Below are positions 24,558 through 36,195 of a stretch of 64,000 nt of DNA, one piece after another. The stretch's first letter is position 1; the number at the start of each line of letters is the position of its first letter. Both the position numbers and the translations under genes were made by a program. This stretch comes from Chrysomallon squamiferum (taxonomy: Eukaryota; Animalia; Mollusca): positions 23,064,001-23,128,000 of the forward strand of contig CM022679.1 of NCBI GenBank assembly GCA_012295275.1, given 5' to 3'. The notes below the pieces were generated by a model, which saw nothing but the letters and a program-made list of their open reading frames with translations, did not search any database and had not been told where the DNA came from.

Positions 24558-25143
24558 ATGTACATCATATCACGTTTATTTCAAGTTCTTCACCGTTACA
24601 CCACCGGATGTACTCTTTCACCATATGGTGAAAGTAAATTGAATTTTGTTTTCGTGTTTGTTGTTCGTGTAAACATTATAATTATTTCCAAACGATTTCT
24701 TAACATCGTTTTCAGTTATTAGGAGCAGTAAAATAATTCATTATAAAGCGTAGCACATTAGCTTTCGATGCGCATGTCAGTCTGCGCTTAGCGACAGGTA
24801 GTAAATACCAAGCTGTTGCTAGCGCTTGTGGCCAAACCTTCAACATTAACCTTCTCGATATAAAAACGTTATTACCCCGAAGAAAATAACGTGCGTACTT
24901 GTGACGTTTCCCTTTAAAATGTTCTGTAAAGGTCTTGAAACTTTGCATTGCATCGATAGAATTTTCATTATGCTTTCATAATTAGATTTTCAAATATTTA
25001 ATTGGGTCAGACACGTGTTTAGAAACTGTGTACTTCACTAGGAATAGATCGGAAGTTTCGCGTGAATGGGTGGTGATGAAATTTTATAACTTCTAAAAAA
25101 TATGAATGATTGAATGAATGGATGAACGAACAAAAGGTACGGA
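24558..25143. repeat. tRNA-cluster spacer, copy 2
   Basis: Near-identical to 18593..19171. Confidence 0.9.
25132..25135 (-). terminator. Pol III terminator (T4) 8 nt downstream of the tRNA; equivalents follow the other two copies
   Basis: Minus strand ...CGCA TCCGTACC TTTT G. Confidence 0.6.
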
Positions 25144-25215
25144 TGCGTCGGCCGGGAGTCGAACCCGGATCGACTGCTTGGAAGGCAACCATGCTAACCG
25201 TTACACCACCGACGC
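25144..25215 (-). tRNA. trnG-TCC: tRNA-Gly (anticodon TCC), intact, 72 nt
   Basis: GCGTCGGTGGTGTAACGGTTAGCATGGTTGCCTTCCAAGCAGTCGATCCGGGTTCGACTCCCGGCCGACGCA: acceptor stem GCGTCGG/CCGACGC, A box TGGTGTAACGG, B box GGTTCGACTCC, loop CT-TCC-AA. Confidence 0.97.
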
Positions 25216-25791
25216 CATATTATGTGCATTTCAGAAATGTGTCCTGACACGGTGTTTTCTTCATCGCAGGCGTTGGAAAGGCAAAAAACACACTGTTACT
25301 ACAATGTGTAAATCGTCCCCGTCTTTGATGCCACACTCCTTCAAAAGCTATCTAAACGCGGAATAACATAACAGGTAACGAAAAAAAAATCTGTTGAAAT
25401 CGTGTTGCTTAAACGTAATATCCGTCGTCTTGAAGGAGGAAGTCCACTTTAGCCCAAAGCTCTTGGCAACACCAAGCTGTTGCTACATGAAGACGCCCTT
25501 TTTCCTCATCTTTCGATTGTTATCACAACACTGACCGGGTGAGTTTTCAGTTGACGTATTTTCTGTGACAATAAATAATATTGTGATTTGTCTTAAGACA
25601 ACTGAAAAGGTTTTGAAGCCTTCGAGTACATGTTCCCTCATACCTTCGTTTCGAGGCTGAATGTTTCGAACACTTTGTTATGATTTATGTGAGTCGGGAA
25701 GGTAACAGCAAGAGAATATTAATCAGTAGTGGACTACAGTCGGACTTGCTGTGGTAAAATGAATGCATTCAAGAAGCAAAATTATTACGGA

Positions 25792-25843
25792 TGCGTCGGC
25801 CGGGAGTCGAACCCGGATCGACTGCTTGGAAGGCAACCATGCT
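25792..25843 (-). pseudogene. 3' part (nt 21-72) of a second disrupted tRNA-Gly(TCC)
   Basis: Identical tRNA 3' part with a different downstream flank, abutting a poly(A) tail. Confidence 0.93.
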
Positions 25844-26070
25844 TTTTTTTTTTTTTTTTATCTTTATTAGTATAATCACCAGTTGTACACAATTAAAATA
25901 AAATTACAACTGTAGATAACAATAATAAAAACTGTTTCCTCTCACACACTCTCACACTCATTCACACTCACATGCATGCATACTTATTTATTCGGAATAT
26001 TCATATATATTTACAGTATTTTATAATATTAATTCTTTTATCCATTTCCATGATTTATCTTTATTGATTA
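25844..26070 (-). mobile_element. 3' end (poly(A) + 3'UTR) of a second copy of the Tx1-like element, truncated by the assembly gap
   Basis: Aligns to 19224..19448 with several substitutions and small indels; 17-nt vs 12-nt T run. Confidence 0.92.
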
Positions 26071-26270
26071 NNNNNNNNNNNNNNNNNNNNNNNNNNNNNN
26101 NNNNNNNNNNNNNNNNNNNNNNNNNNNNNNNNNNNNNNNNNNNNNNNNNNNNNNNNNNNNNNNNNNNNNNNNNNNNNNNNNNNNNNNNNNNNNNNNNNNN
26201 NNNNNNNNNNNNNNNNNNNNNNNNNNNNNNNNNNNNNNNNNNNNNNNNNNNNNNNNNNNNNNNNNNNNNN
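26071..26270. other. Assembly gap (200 N)
   Basis: N run. Confidence 1.
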
Positions 26271-26557
26271 TGCTGCTATTAGAAAAGTAAGAACAAAGGA
26301 AAAATTTCAAGCTATATACTTAATTAATAAAATTTAGTTAATTAATTATTTTATTAAATACTTGCGACTAAATATTAAACAATTTATTTTTATTTAATTA
26401 ATTTTTGTTTCTTATTTTGTGCTGCTGTTGTCAGTGGTGAAGTTGTTGATACAGTATTGTAGTTGTATAATAAAGTCAGTTAGTTTAAAACGTACCTTTA
26501 CTAGTATCAGGATATTGTGATATTTATTTATTTAAATTGTTGTTGTTGTTGTTGTTA

Positions 26558-26602
<45 letters not shown>

Positions 26603-26904
26603 TAGTGTATTATTATTATTGTTACTGTTACTGTTATTGCTATTATTATTATTATTATTATTTTACATTTCTGTATAAGACGTAACTGCCTTCAGTGAAC
26701 TGGAGTTGTTTTCTGTTATCATATTTTATTATTGACTCAGGACAATCATGTCTACGAATTTTTAATTACACATGTTCATGAGAAACAGAATATATTACAG
26801 CATTGTCTAGTAAGACAGTCTCTTGCAAATTTACGGGAAACAAAGGTTTACGAGATTTAGATACAGATATACATGCAAGACCTGACAGTACAGAACACAC
26901 ATTA

Positions 26905-27227
26905 CAGGGGTTTTCAAACTGTGGTCCGCAAATTACAAGACAGGGGGTCGTGGACGGAGAATACTTTTATGGGCAGTTTGATTTTATATATGTTTTTAAT
27001 CGAAATCTTTTTTCTTATATTTGTAAATGTAGGCGCATTGAAATAACAGGTAAAATATTTTGTAATATATCCTAAAAAGTACCATCGATTAAAACATTAA
27101 ATGTAAAATATATGTTATTTTAAGCAAATATTTATTATAAATTTCACAAGCATTTATAAGGGGGTCCCTAAGGTAAAGCCTGAAAATATAAAAGGGGTCC
27201 GCAAGTCAAAAAGTTTGAAAACCCCTG
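26905..27227. mobile_element. hAT-type MITE (Charlie-like TIRs)
   Basis: Perfect 16-bp TIRs CAGGGGTTTTCAAACT / AGTTTGAAAACCCCTG; CATTA duplicated on both sides. Confidence 0.85.
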
Positions 27228-28324
27228 CATTACACTATCATGTCAGAATGTTTATCTCTCAAATCACAAGACGTCCACATTAGCATAATAGGTAATAAAC
27301 ATATACAGCGGTGTATTCAAAGTAATTCAAAGGTAATGGCTGGTGTTCAGTCGAGTGTTTATTCACTGGTAGATAATAAAAACCTCATAAACACACCTGC
27401 AGAGACAGTTGTTCTTGGTATTGTACACACACTGAGAAACTTCGGAGTCCAACACAGGTCAGTTTTTGCGTTATTTTTAACATGTCGATATGTCTGAACT
27501 GTGTTTTTACAGAAGAATATGTGATTGGAATTGAGGTAGTTTTTAAACATTATATAATAACTTTGTTTTAATAATCATAATATTTTGATACTTTTTCAAA
27601 TTTATGAAACTTATTTTAACTTTACTTCCTTGTCTAACTTTTGTATAAAGTTTCATAGCAAATGTTGGAAGCTTTCTATGAGCGATTTTATTCAATCCAA
27701 ACACAAACGTAAAAAGCACATTGGATTTAGTTGAAATAGATGAATAACAGGACCAATATTTGAAAATAAAATTACGTTTTAACATACGTAGGAAAATATA
27801 GAACTTGACTTTCTTTTTGCATTTATTACGACGACAATGAAAAGGTCACAAATATTCAGCTCTTGTATCGTCCATTTCTTGAATATCTTTCTCAATAATT
27901 TGTTAAAGAAGTGTACAGAGTAAGTTTTTAAGTTTTGTTTCCAACATTACAACATTTTTCTGTGTTTTCCTTCGAAACTGAAACCTCAGTTGTTTAAAAT
28001 AGAAAGAGTTACCCCTGACTAGATTTAAGTGAAAAATTTGTAAATATATATAAAATATTTTGACTTGTTTTTTTACATTAAAAAGTATAGATATCGATTT
28101 TCATTTTGTTAAATAATTAATTAATGAATTTGTTTTATTTGTAGTAAATTATTAATATTACAACTAATACGTCATTTAAACTTTCTTGTACAGTACTTCC
28201 ATTGTGATTTTGTGCTTGAATAAACAGACAATTTTAAAACAACATTTTCTAAAAGTATCGTCACGGTGAATAGTCTGAGTGGTATTAATACAGTAAGGTT
28301 GGCTCGTCCCGTCTAAAGGGCAGC

Positions 28325-28570
28325 CAGACTATAATAGCGTCACGTGACAAGGTGTTAATTATCTGAGACAGCTTGAACGCTACTAAATGACTATTCTGCT
28401 TCCGCTAGAGAACAATAGCGCAAACAAGAATTGAATATGGGTAATTGTTTTATATTTGACATAGATTAACCATCAAAGGTAACATATAATTAATTCGGCA
28501 TGATTCGAAGATACAATGTAAAAGATTTAAATGATACAATATAAAAGCAAATAGCTTTGAAAAGATAGTC
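28325..28570 (+). repeat. Left arm of a ~240-bp diverged inverted repeat (partner 31392..31611)
   Basis: cagactataatagcgtcacgtgacaagg...gaattgaatatgggtaattgttttatattt matches the reverse complement of 31480-31611 and extends further. Confidence 0.8.
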
Positions 28571-29079
28571 TAAACTAATTAAGTCCAGTTGGTTACTTTA
28601 ACTTTTAGATATTAAAATAAATTGTCTTAGTTTGTTACTTAGTTTTTCAAACGGTGGTACATCTCACAGAATAGCTCATTAAATTATCCAACAAATAGTC
28701 TTGGCTATCTTCTATCCCAGTCAACATGTAGTTCACATTAAAAAACATTTAAACTATAATTACCGTTGCCCTGGTGATCCTTTGTCTTGAGTTCACGTCC
28801 CTCAGACAATGTGTCGCTATTTAGATGTGAAATTACGGTTCTCTCCCGTAGCTAAATACTAAAACATCTGCCTCCCACATGGCCAGAAATGATGTTGGGA
28901 TACCTCGACCAAATGTTTTGATAGTAAATTGGTATTAAGGGCTCTGATCCGTGTTTTATATCAATTGAATATAGCTCAATAGATAGCAGTACATATGAGT
29001 AAATAGAATATCACCAAAATAACTAGATGGCACTGGTGAACAGATAGTCATGTACAGTTAAAAGCCAACCAAGACCGAG

Positions 29080-29695
29080 CTACATCAGTCATCATTGTTC
29101 ATTGACAAGAAAGAGACCGCAATCAAAATGCATGCCCTGTACATCTGGCCCCGATTCGTATCTTCTTTGACTTTCAGTCAGCAGCATGGAACGGTGTTTC
29201 CAGGTTTCGAAATGAAAGGATGTTTTTCACTACACCCAGTGTATCATCCGATACTCACGAGAATCATGCAAAGTAGCCATCCATTTTAGGGACAACGCTG
29301 ATGTCCAGAGGTTTGTGCGACGTGCTGCTGTTCTCCCACTAGCACCGTTAGATCAACTGGATGACGTGTGGACGCTCTTGATCGTAGGCCATCAGATGTT
29401 CCCGACATTGACAAGTTTGCAGACTATGTAACTGAACATTGGGCGACTACAGACAGCAGATCATTTTGGAACAACTCCGAAACCACTGGCCCACGTACAA
29501 CAAACCATGTTGAAGGCTGGCACCAAGAACTGAACAATCTAGTGAAGTCGCCACATTCAAACATTAATTAACAAACTGTTCACCACTATAAAGAACCTGC
29601 AGGCCAAAAACGAACAGCAGTTATACAACTTGCATCCACTGATCGACGGAAATGTAAGAAAAGAAGTATCGTGACACTGAAAACAAACTTCAAGT
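29080..29695 (+). pseudogene. MULE/MuDR-type transposase relic
   Basis: VFPGFEMKGC(F)FHYTQC (frameshifted), LPLAPLDQLDDVW, FADYVTEHW, GPRTTNHVEGWH..LN..V...H.NI: motifs typical of invertebrate MULE transposases. Confidence 0.75.
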
Positions 29696-31391
29696 TCACA
29701 GTTTTGCAAGTGGGCTCTGTACATTCAAATTATTTTACAGAATCAGTTTTGTTATTGTGCCACTATTTAGATCAGTTTTATTCGTGTCAGAGTTGATTTT
29801 ATGTATAATATCTAGGAAAACCCAAATATTCCAAATTGACCGCTATTTAATAGTGAGTGTATTCAAATAAAATAATATATAATAACTCTGATATAAATTA
29901 ATATTAGTGTATTTCTACCATAGTATACCAAAATATTACAAATATTTGTATTTGTATATCAGAAAATATTTCTCGATTTTTGAAGAATAAGTAATAAAAA
30001 TGGAACTAATTTTAAAATAACAACATTTAGAAATTGTTTATTCAAATTTGAGTTGGTCTTACTAAGGCATAAGACATAGGAAGTTACCCCTATGAGACTG
30101 TTTGCCGTGTAAACAATGTACCTAGTAATGCTATAAGAATGCTACAACTACTAATTGTTAGTGTATTTTATTTCTAAATATGAGCAAACTGGTAAATATT
30201 CTAAGTGTCACTTGATATTCATTTTATTGTCAGGATATTCCATCCTTCAGAACACTGTTGATTTATCCTCTAAAGATTAACTAAGAAGGTTTATATTCAT
30301 GTTGACTTGTAGTTTGGGTACCTTACAAAATTTCCTTCAGTGGACAACTGGCTAATACAATAAGACTGGTGACTCAGTGTTCGAATGCGTCACCATTCTT
30401 TTCTGTTACTTTACCCTTTTTTTCTCGGTTGAATTGCGCACGAACAAGAAACAAAAAAGCGTGGCTGCAGTATTTTGAATATCTACTTTATCTCTGTATT
30501 CAATCTTACCACACGCTGTGGTTTATTTTGTATCTTACTGCAGAAAGCCTCGCTCGGTTTGTCATTCGAACACTCTTTAACAGACGCCTAAACACGTGTC
30601 ATGATTCTAGTTGATTAGACTTAAACCTGATACTCAATATTTTACCTCGAACAAACATAAGAAAAATACAGTGTATTCAATAAAATGAATATAATATAAT
30701 ATAATATAATATAATATAATATAATATAATATAATATAATATAATATAATATAATATAATATAATAAAACACATCAATAAATAAATGAAAACAAACAAAC
30801 AAATTAAAATGATTTATACGTATATACCAGAAAAGGCGAATATTTGGGTACGTTTAAAAGTAGGGCAAATATTATTGTGATGTTGCGGTGTGTGACCGAA
30901 CCTCATTAGTGCCTCTTTGCCAGACTTGTTTTTGATGATAATTGTTAATTCTATGTGGTGAATTATATAATAATCACAAAACACTTATTTTTATATGTCG
31001 ATGTAAAGCAGAATGTCTGCTACATTTCATATTAGTATATTTTTATATTACGGTAATATTTATTTAGCTATCGTATACAATCATGTTTATAAATTCAAAT
31101 TTTTATAGTTCTTCAATGCTGAGCTCGTTAATGTCAGAAAATTGCGGTAACTACACAAAAACTAAATAGCAGAGTATGCACACGTCCATGGGCTGTTTAG
31201 AAGCTGTTTTTATATAATTAAGGGAAGTTCCGTTATTTTATAAAGTAAGAATCACTGGGATTAACAAACTCAAAATTAGCATTAAAATTGCAAAGTAAAT
31301 TGAGAAAGGCTGCCCGCGCGAGCTCCGTAACGTTGCGAAACTTTGTCTGATGGACGTGAACTCGAGACAAAAGACCACTCAGGCAATAGTA

Positions 31392-31611
31392 ACTATCTAT
31401 CAACGCTCTTTGCTTTTATATTGTATCGTTCGAATCGTACGATTTAATTTTATGTTGCCATTGATTGTTAATTTATGTAAAATATAAAACAGTTACCCAT
31501 ATTTAATTCTTGCTTGCGTTATAATTTTCTAGTGGATACAGATTAGTCATTTAGTAGTTAAAGCTGTCTCAGACCTTGAATACCTTGTCACGTGACGCTA
31601 ATATAGTCTGC
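31392..31611 (-). repeat. Right arm of the inverted repeat
   Basis: See partner at 28325. Confidence 0.8.
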
Positions 31612-33604
31612 TATGTTTGAGCTGTGCTTTACAGAAATAATGTGATTAGGAATTTGATAAACATTTAAAAAAAAGTTTTCTGTATCTAGTAATTTATACC
31701 TGTAAATATATATTTTTTAAATGTATGAAACTGATTTTAACATCACTTCTTTGTTTTCGTTTTCAAAGCTAATAAGGAAGCTTTTTGAACTAGTAATTAG
31801 GTTTTAACGTGTTTTACTATCTTCAGATAATAGGTAAAACGACTTCTTTTTATATTTAAATCAAGCGACAATTTTATATCTCCATACTTCTTCAGTATCG
31901 TTTTTAATAATTATTATGAGTAAACATTGCAAGTGTTTAGACAAATAATTAAAACGATTAGCATTCTTCGACTAATATTATAAAATATTTCCGTGCTCTT
32001 TCTTTCTTCTGTGTAACTGAAATTTGTAAGGCCCAAATAAATAAGCCAGCAAATAAACAAACAAATACAAATTAAAAAGATTTGGCGCTGAGATTATGAG
32101 CAATTCAAGGGTTTGCCAAGTTTATTTATATCATTAGTACGTAGTGCCAGCAATTTTTTAAGATATGAATAAGTTTGATCTGTGCTTTACAGAAATAACG
32201 TGATTAGAAATTTAGGTAAATTGATAAACATTATCGTTTTTAATAATAATTATGAGTACACATAATAAGTTTTTAGACAAATATTTAAAATTATTAGCTT
32301 TCTTCAGCTAACGTTATAAAATATTTTCGTGTCATTCTTCTTCTTTTTTTTTGAAACCAAAACTTGTATGGACGAAAATATTTCCTGGAACGTTCGAAAA
32401 CATAATTATTTACTTTTCAGTGTAATGGTAACTTTTATAATGCAGCATAATGCTACGTTTCTTGTTTGAAACTGATTAAATCCTATTTACTAAAAAAGAA
32501 AGTTTTTGTTGTTGTTGTTGTTGTTGTTGTTTTATATATTTATTGATCTTTTGTTATTATTATTTCTTGTTTTGTATGTTGTGGTTGTTTTTCTTTCTCT
32601 TTTCTCTGTAGCTGTTGATGAATTTAAAGAATCGAACGGCAGTATCGGGTTTATTATTATTATTACTATTTTTTATTTTTTTATTTTCATTATCATAGTA
32701 CATGAGAATAGTTGTTAACATCGAAATAGTTGATAATATTAAAATATTATACATCGAGCAAAACAAGGTAAGTTTTTTGATGAGTTATGATTTCCAGTAA
32801 CTTTAAGGTTCTTGCAAGGTTTCACTTAAGTTTGTTTGTAGCTTGGTCCACAGTTCAGGGGTGAGCAGTGTGTAAAAATTAATCCACCAAGTTTATTAAG
32901 TTAGTGGGGACGAAGAAAGAAAGAAAGAGAGAAGAAAAAGAGAAAAAGAAAAGAATAAGAAGAAAAAATCCAGTAGATAGAAGAAGGGTGAGAAGAAAGA
33001 GAAGCTGAAAAGGGGGAGGGGAATTCAAAGGGGGACGATAATGTGAATACAGAAATATTTCGAGAGGGGAGGGGGAGGTAGGCAGTTATCCCAAGAATAG
33101 AAGAAACCCAGTGTCTTAACCGCCCAAACACCACTGACCAAACGTCCTCGTATCTAATGACCGTGTTGTCGGCTGCCAAAGTTTTACAGAACTGAATGTC
33201 TACCTTGTAGCTGTACGAATAAATTATTTATTAAAATTCTCTTTAATTTCCACATCACAACTTCTAGTGTTAGTCGCTCAAGATCAAATCCTCAAAAGTC
33301 TTTATACAGTAAATATTACTTTATTTCTTGAGGTTAACAATCAATATAGAATCAGTTTCGGTAGAAATTTAACACGTTCCAGTCTTTTATTAATAATTAT
33401 ACTAAAATTAAATTTTTTATTAATTCAGAAACAGTTAAAGTAGATGACAGAGTGAAAGACAGAGTCACAAACAGTGAAGGAATACAGAACCTTCGATCTA
33501 TTTATAGAACAATCTCGTAAGTAACACGGATTTTTTTCTGATATTAAGCTGTGTTTCTTATTTATCTGTGTTGAGAAAAGTGTAGGTTTACTGACACATT
33601 GAAG

Positions 33605-33639
33605 GACTACGATGGCATACCTCTCGAATTTCATGGAAG
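33605..33639 (+). other. 35-nt exon-like module (ATG GCA TAC...GAA G|gtatgt), possible first coding exon of IAP paralogue A; duplicated at 35895
   Basis: Good donor; 33605-33880 aligns with 35895-36140. Confidence 0.4.
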
Positions 33640-33873
33640 GTATGTAATTAGAATGTTGTACGTTTACTAACACATCGTATAGCCCACTATCAGAATATCA
33701 CAAAATAATGCGAACATAAAAGTACTGAAAAAAATACATCCAGCAAAATAATATTTTAAATAGATTAACTTTAGCTGAACGGGACTTTGAAATGTTGCTG
33801 GATCATATAGAAATTCGGATTAGTCAGAAGAATAAAAAAAATATAAATATTTTATTTGATTTTATTCGCATAG

Positions 33874-33952
33874 CTGATGAGTTCCTTGTATCTAAGAAAA
33901 AAGAGTCGCGTACTTAGTGAAACAACAAGAAATACAAAATTTTCAACTCGAG
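33874..33952 (+). pseudogene. 79-nt exon-like unit upstream of IAP-A (one base off frame)
   Basis: TAG|CTGATGAG...CTCGAG|GT; paralogous to 34367..34445; removing one A from an A-run gives an open 26-codon phase 1-1 exon. Confidence 0.4.
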
Positions 33953-34269
33953 GTTTATTGTAGTTTTATTTCAGTACAATTTCTTCTTTTTATTATTATT
34001 ACTGTTATTGTTATTGTTATTATTATTGTTGTCATTATCATCATCATCATCATTATTATTGATATTATTATTATTGTTGTCATTATTATCATCATCATTA
34101 TTATTATTATTGATATTATTATTATTATTATTACTGTTATTGTTATTGTTATTGTTGTCATTATCATCATCATCATTATTATTATTATTATTGATATTAT
34201 TATTATTGTTGTCATTATTATCAGCATCATTATTATTATTATTATTGATATTATTATTATTATTATTGA

Positions 34270-34302
<33 letters not shown>

Positions 34303-34366
34303 TGATGTCTGAGGAATTCAGATGATATAAAAATTCAAAATATTTTATTTTATTTTGTTCGCACAG

Positions 34367-34445
34367 TTGATGAATCAGTTGTTTCTGAAGGAAGAAGTGG
34401 CGTGCTTAGTGAAAATAATAAGAACCACAGAACTTGCATCTGGAG
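34367..34445 (+). pseudogene. Second 79-nt exon-like unit upstream of IAP-A
   Basis: CAG|TTGATGAA...CTGGAG|GTATAT; a fragment of the same unit recurs at 56669..56714. Confidence 0.4.
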
Positions 34446-34904
34446 GTATATTCTAGTTTTATTCTATTACATTTTTTTTTTTTTTTTTTATTTATTAAAG
34501 TACTTCCGCATGACAGTAGTTATTAACTACATTTGGTATACACTGCTAATGAATATTTATAATATATTTTTGTAACAAAGTGATTTTCTCACTTCTTCGT
34601 TTCGTACTTCAGTAAAAATTTACTTTGTGATAAGCGTAAAACTGTCGAAGTCCTATTTAGCAACGATTTCTCACTTGAACAGTTTCAATTTTTCTCTGTT
34701 GCCTGGGTTTTTTTTTTTTGTTCAGCAGGGCCCTGTTTAGGTTTAGTTTTAAAACTGACAGTAAATGATTTATTCAATATTAACCTTTGTCTTTTCTCAA
34801 TTTCTCATAATTCAGAAGCCGCAATAGCTGATAGAAATGAAATAGAATCCTCAATAGTTGATATAAAGCAATCGGAAGCCGCAACTGTTGATATAAACCA
34901 GTAA

Positions 34905-35714
34905 ATGAGTCAGAAGCCGCAAATTGAAGGAAATGAAACAGATGATGAAATTGTTGATGCAAATGAATCAGATGATGGAATAACCGATGGAAATGAAAGA
35001 CAAGCCGGAAGTGTTAATGGAGATGAACCAGAAGCTGCAAGTATTGATGGAAATAATTCACAAGCTGTAGGAATTGCTGCCACTGTCAGATACAGTAGGG
35101 AGAAGGACCGATTTAAATTTAACTTAAAATCTGGTCTAAACCGATCTTGGTCAAGTCGTCTTGCAGCTGCTGGATTCTACTTCACTGGGACTGGTGATCG
35201 CGTTGTCTGCTTCAGCTGTGGTAAGAGCCATGATCAGTGGAGACGTGGAGATGATCCAATGGCAGTTCACAGACAAATCTCACCACGCTGCAGATTTGTC
35301 CTGGAAGAGGAAGAAAATGAACCCATGACGGTAAGTTAAAATGCTGAGAAGATAGTACAATAATTTCTGATTAGATGTCAGTTCAGTGTTACCAGTTTTG
35401 GAATCTGCTAGTCAGAGTTTTGTGAGCGCTGGTGATGTTGTATTTAGTGGTTCTGATGAAAGTTCTTCACAGCTTAGTGTCAGTAATTTAACATTTTATA
35501 TTCTTTTGATAATAAGCCATTTTGATACTCTTTTGAAATTATTTGACAATTCACCAGACATGTGAAGGGAGACAATTTTGTCGTTTTGATACAAGCAATG
35601 AATAAAAATGAAGATTTTTAGCTCTATCACGAAATTATTAACCTTGTAAAAAACCATTAGTTTTATATTTTGTATTGCTAGGTTTTTGTGACATTATTAT
35701 TATTATTATTATTA

Positions 35715-35752
<38 letters not shown>

Positions 35753-36155
35753 GTTATTATTATTATTGTTGTTGTTGTTGTTTTATAACTACTACTACTA
35801 CTACTAATAATAGTATTAGAAATAGTAGTAGTGGAATTATTGTTGTTATTGTTGTTGTTATTACTTTTCCAAATATATAATTAATATTTTGTAGGACTAC
35901 GATGGCATACAGGCTGATCTGCATGGAAGGTATGTTATTAGAAAATTGTAAGTTTACTAACACATCGCATGGCCCACTATCAGAATATAACAAAATAATG
36001 TGAACATAAAAACAGTGAATAATTTACATCCAGCAAAATAATATTTTAAATAGATTAACGTTAGAGGAACGGGATTTTGAAATGTTGCCGGATCATACAG
36101 AAATCCGGAATAGTCTCACGATTTTATTCGCATAGTTGATGAGTAACGTACATTG

Positions 36156-36195
<40 letters not shown>

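Noticed and set aside
26064-26310. ORFs spanning the X run
   Set aside because: Artefacts of the N gap.
33085-33180. tRNA/SINE-like head on the minus strand (…GGGCGGTTAAGACACTGGG…), also ~53395
   Set aside because: No B box or cloverleaf could be completed; too weak to call.
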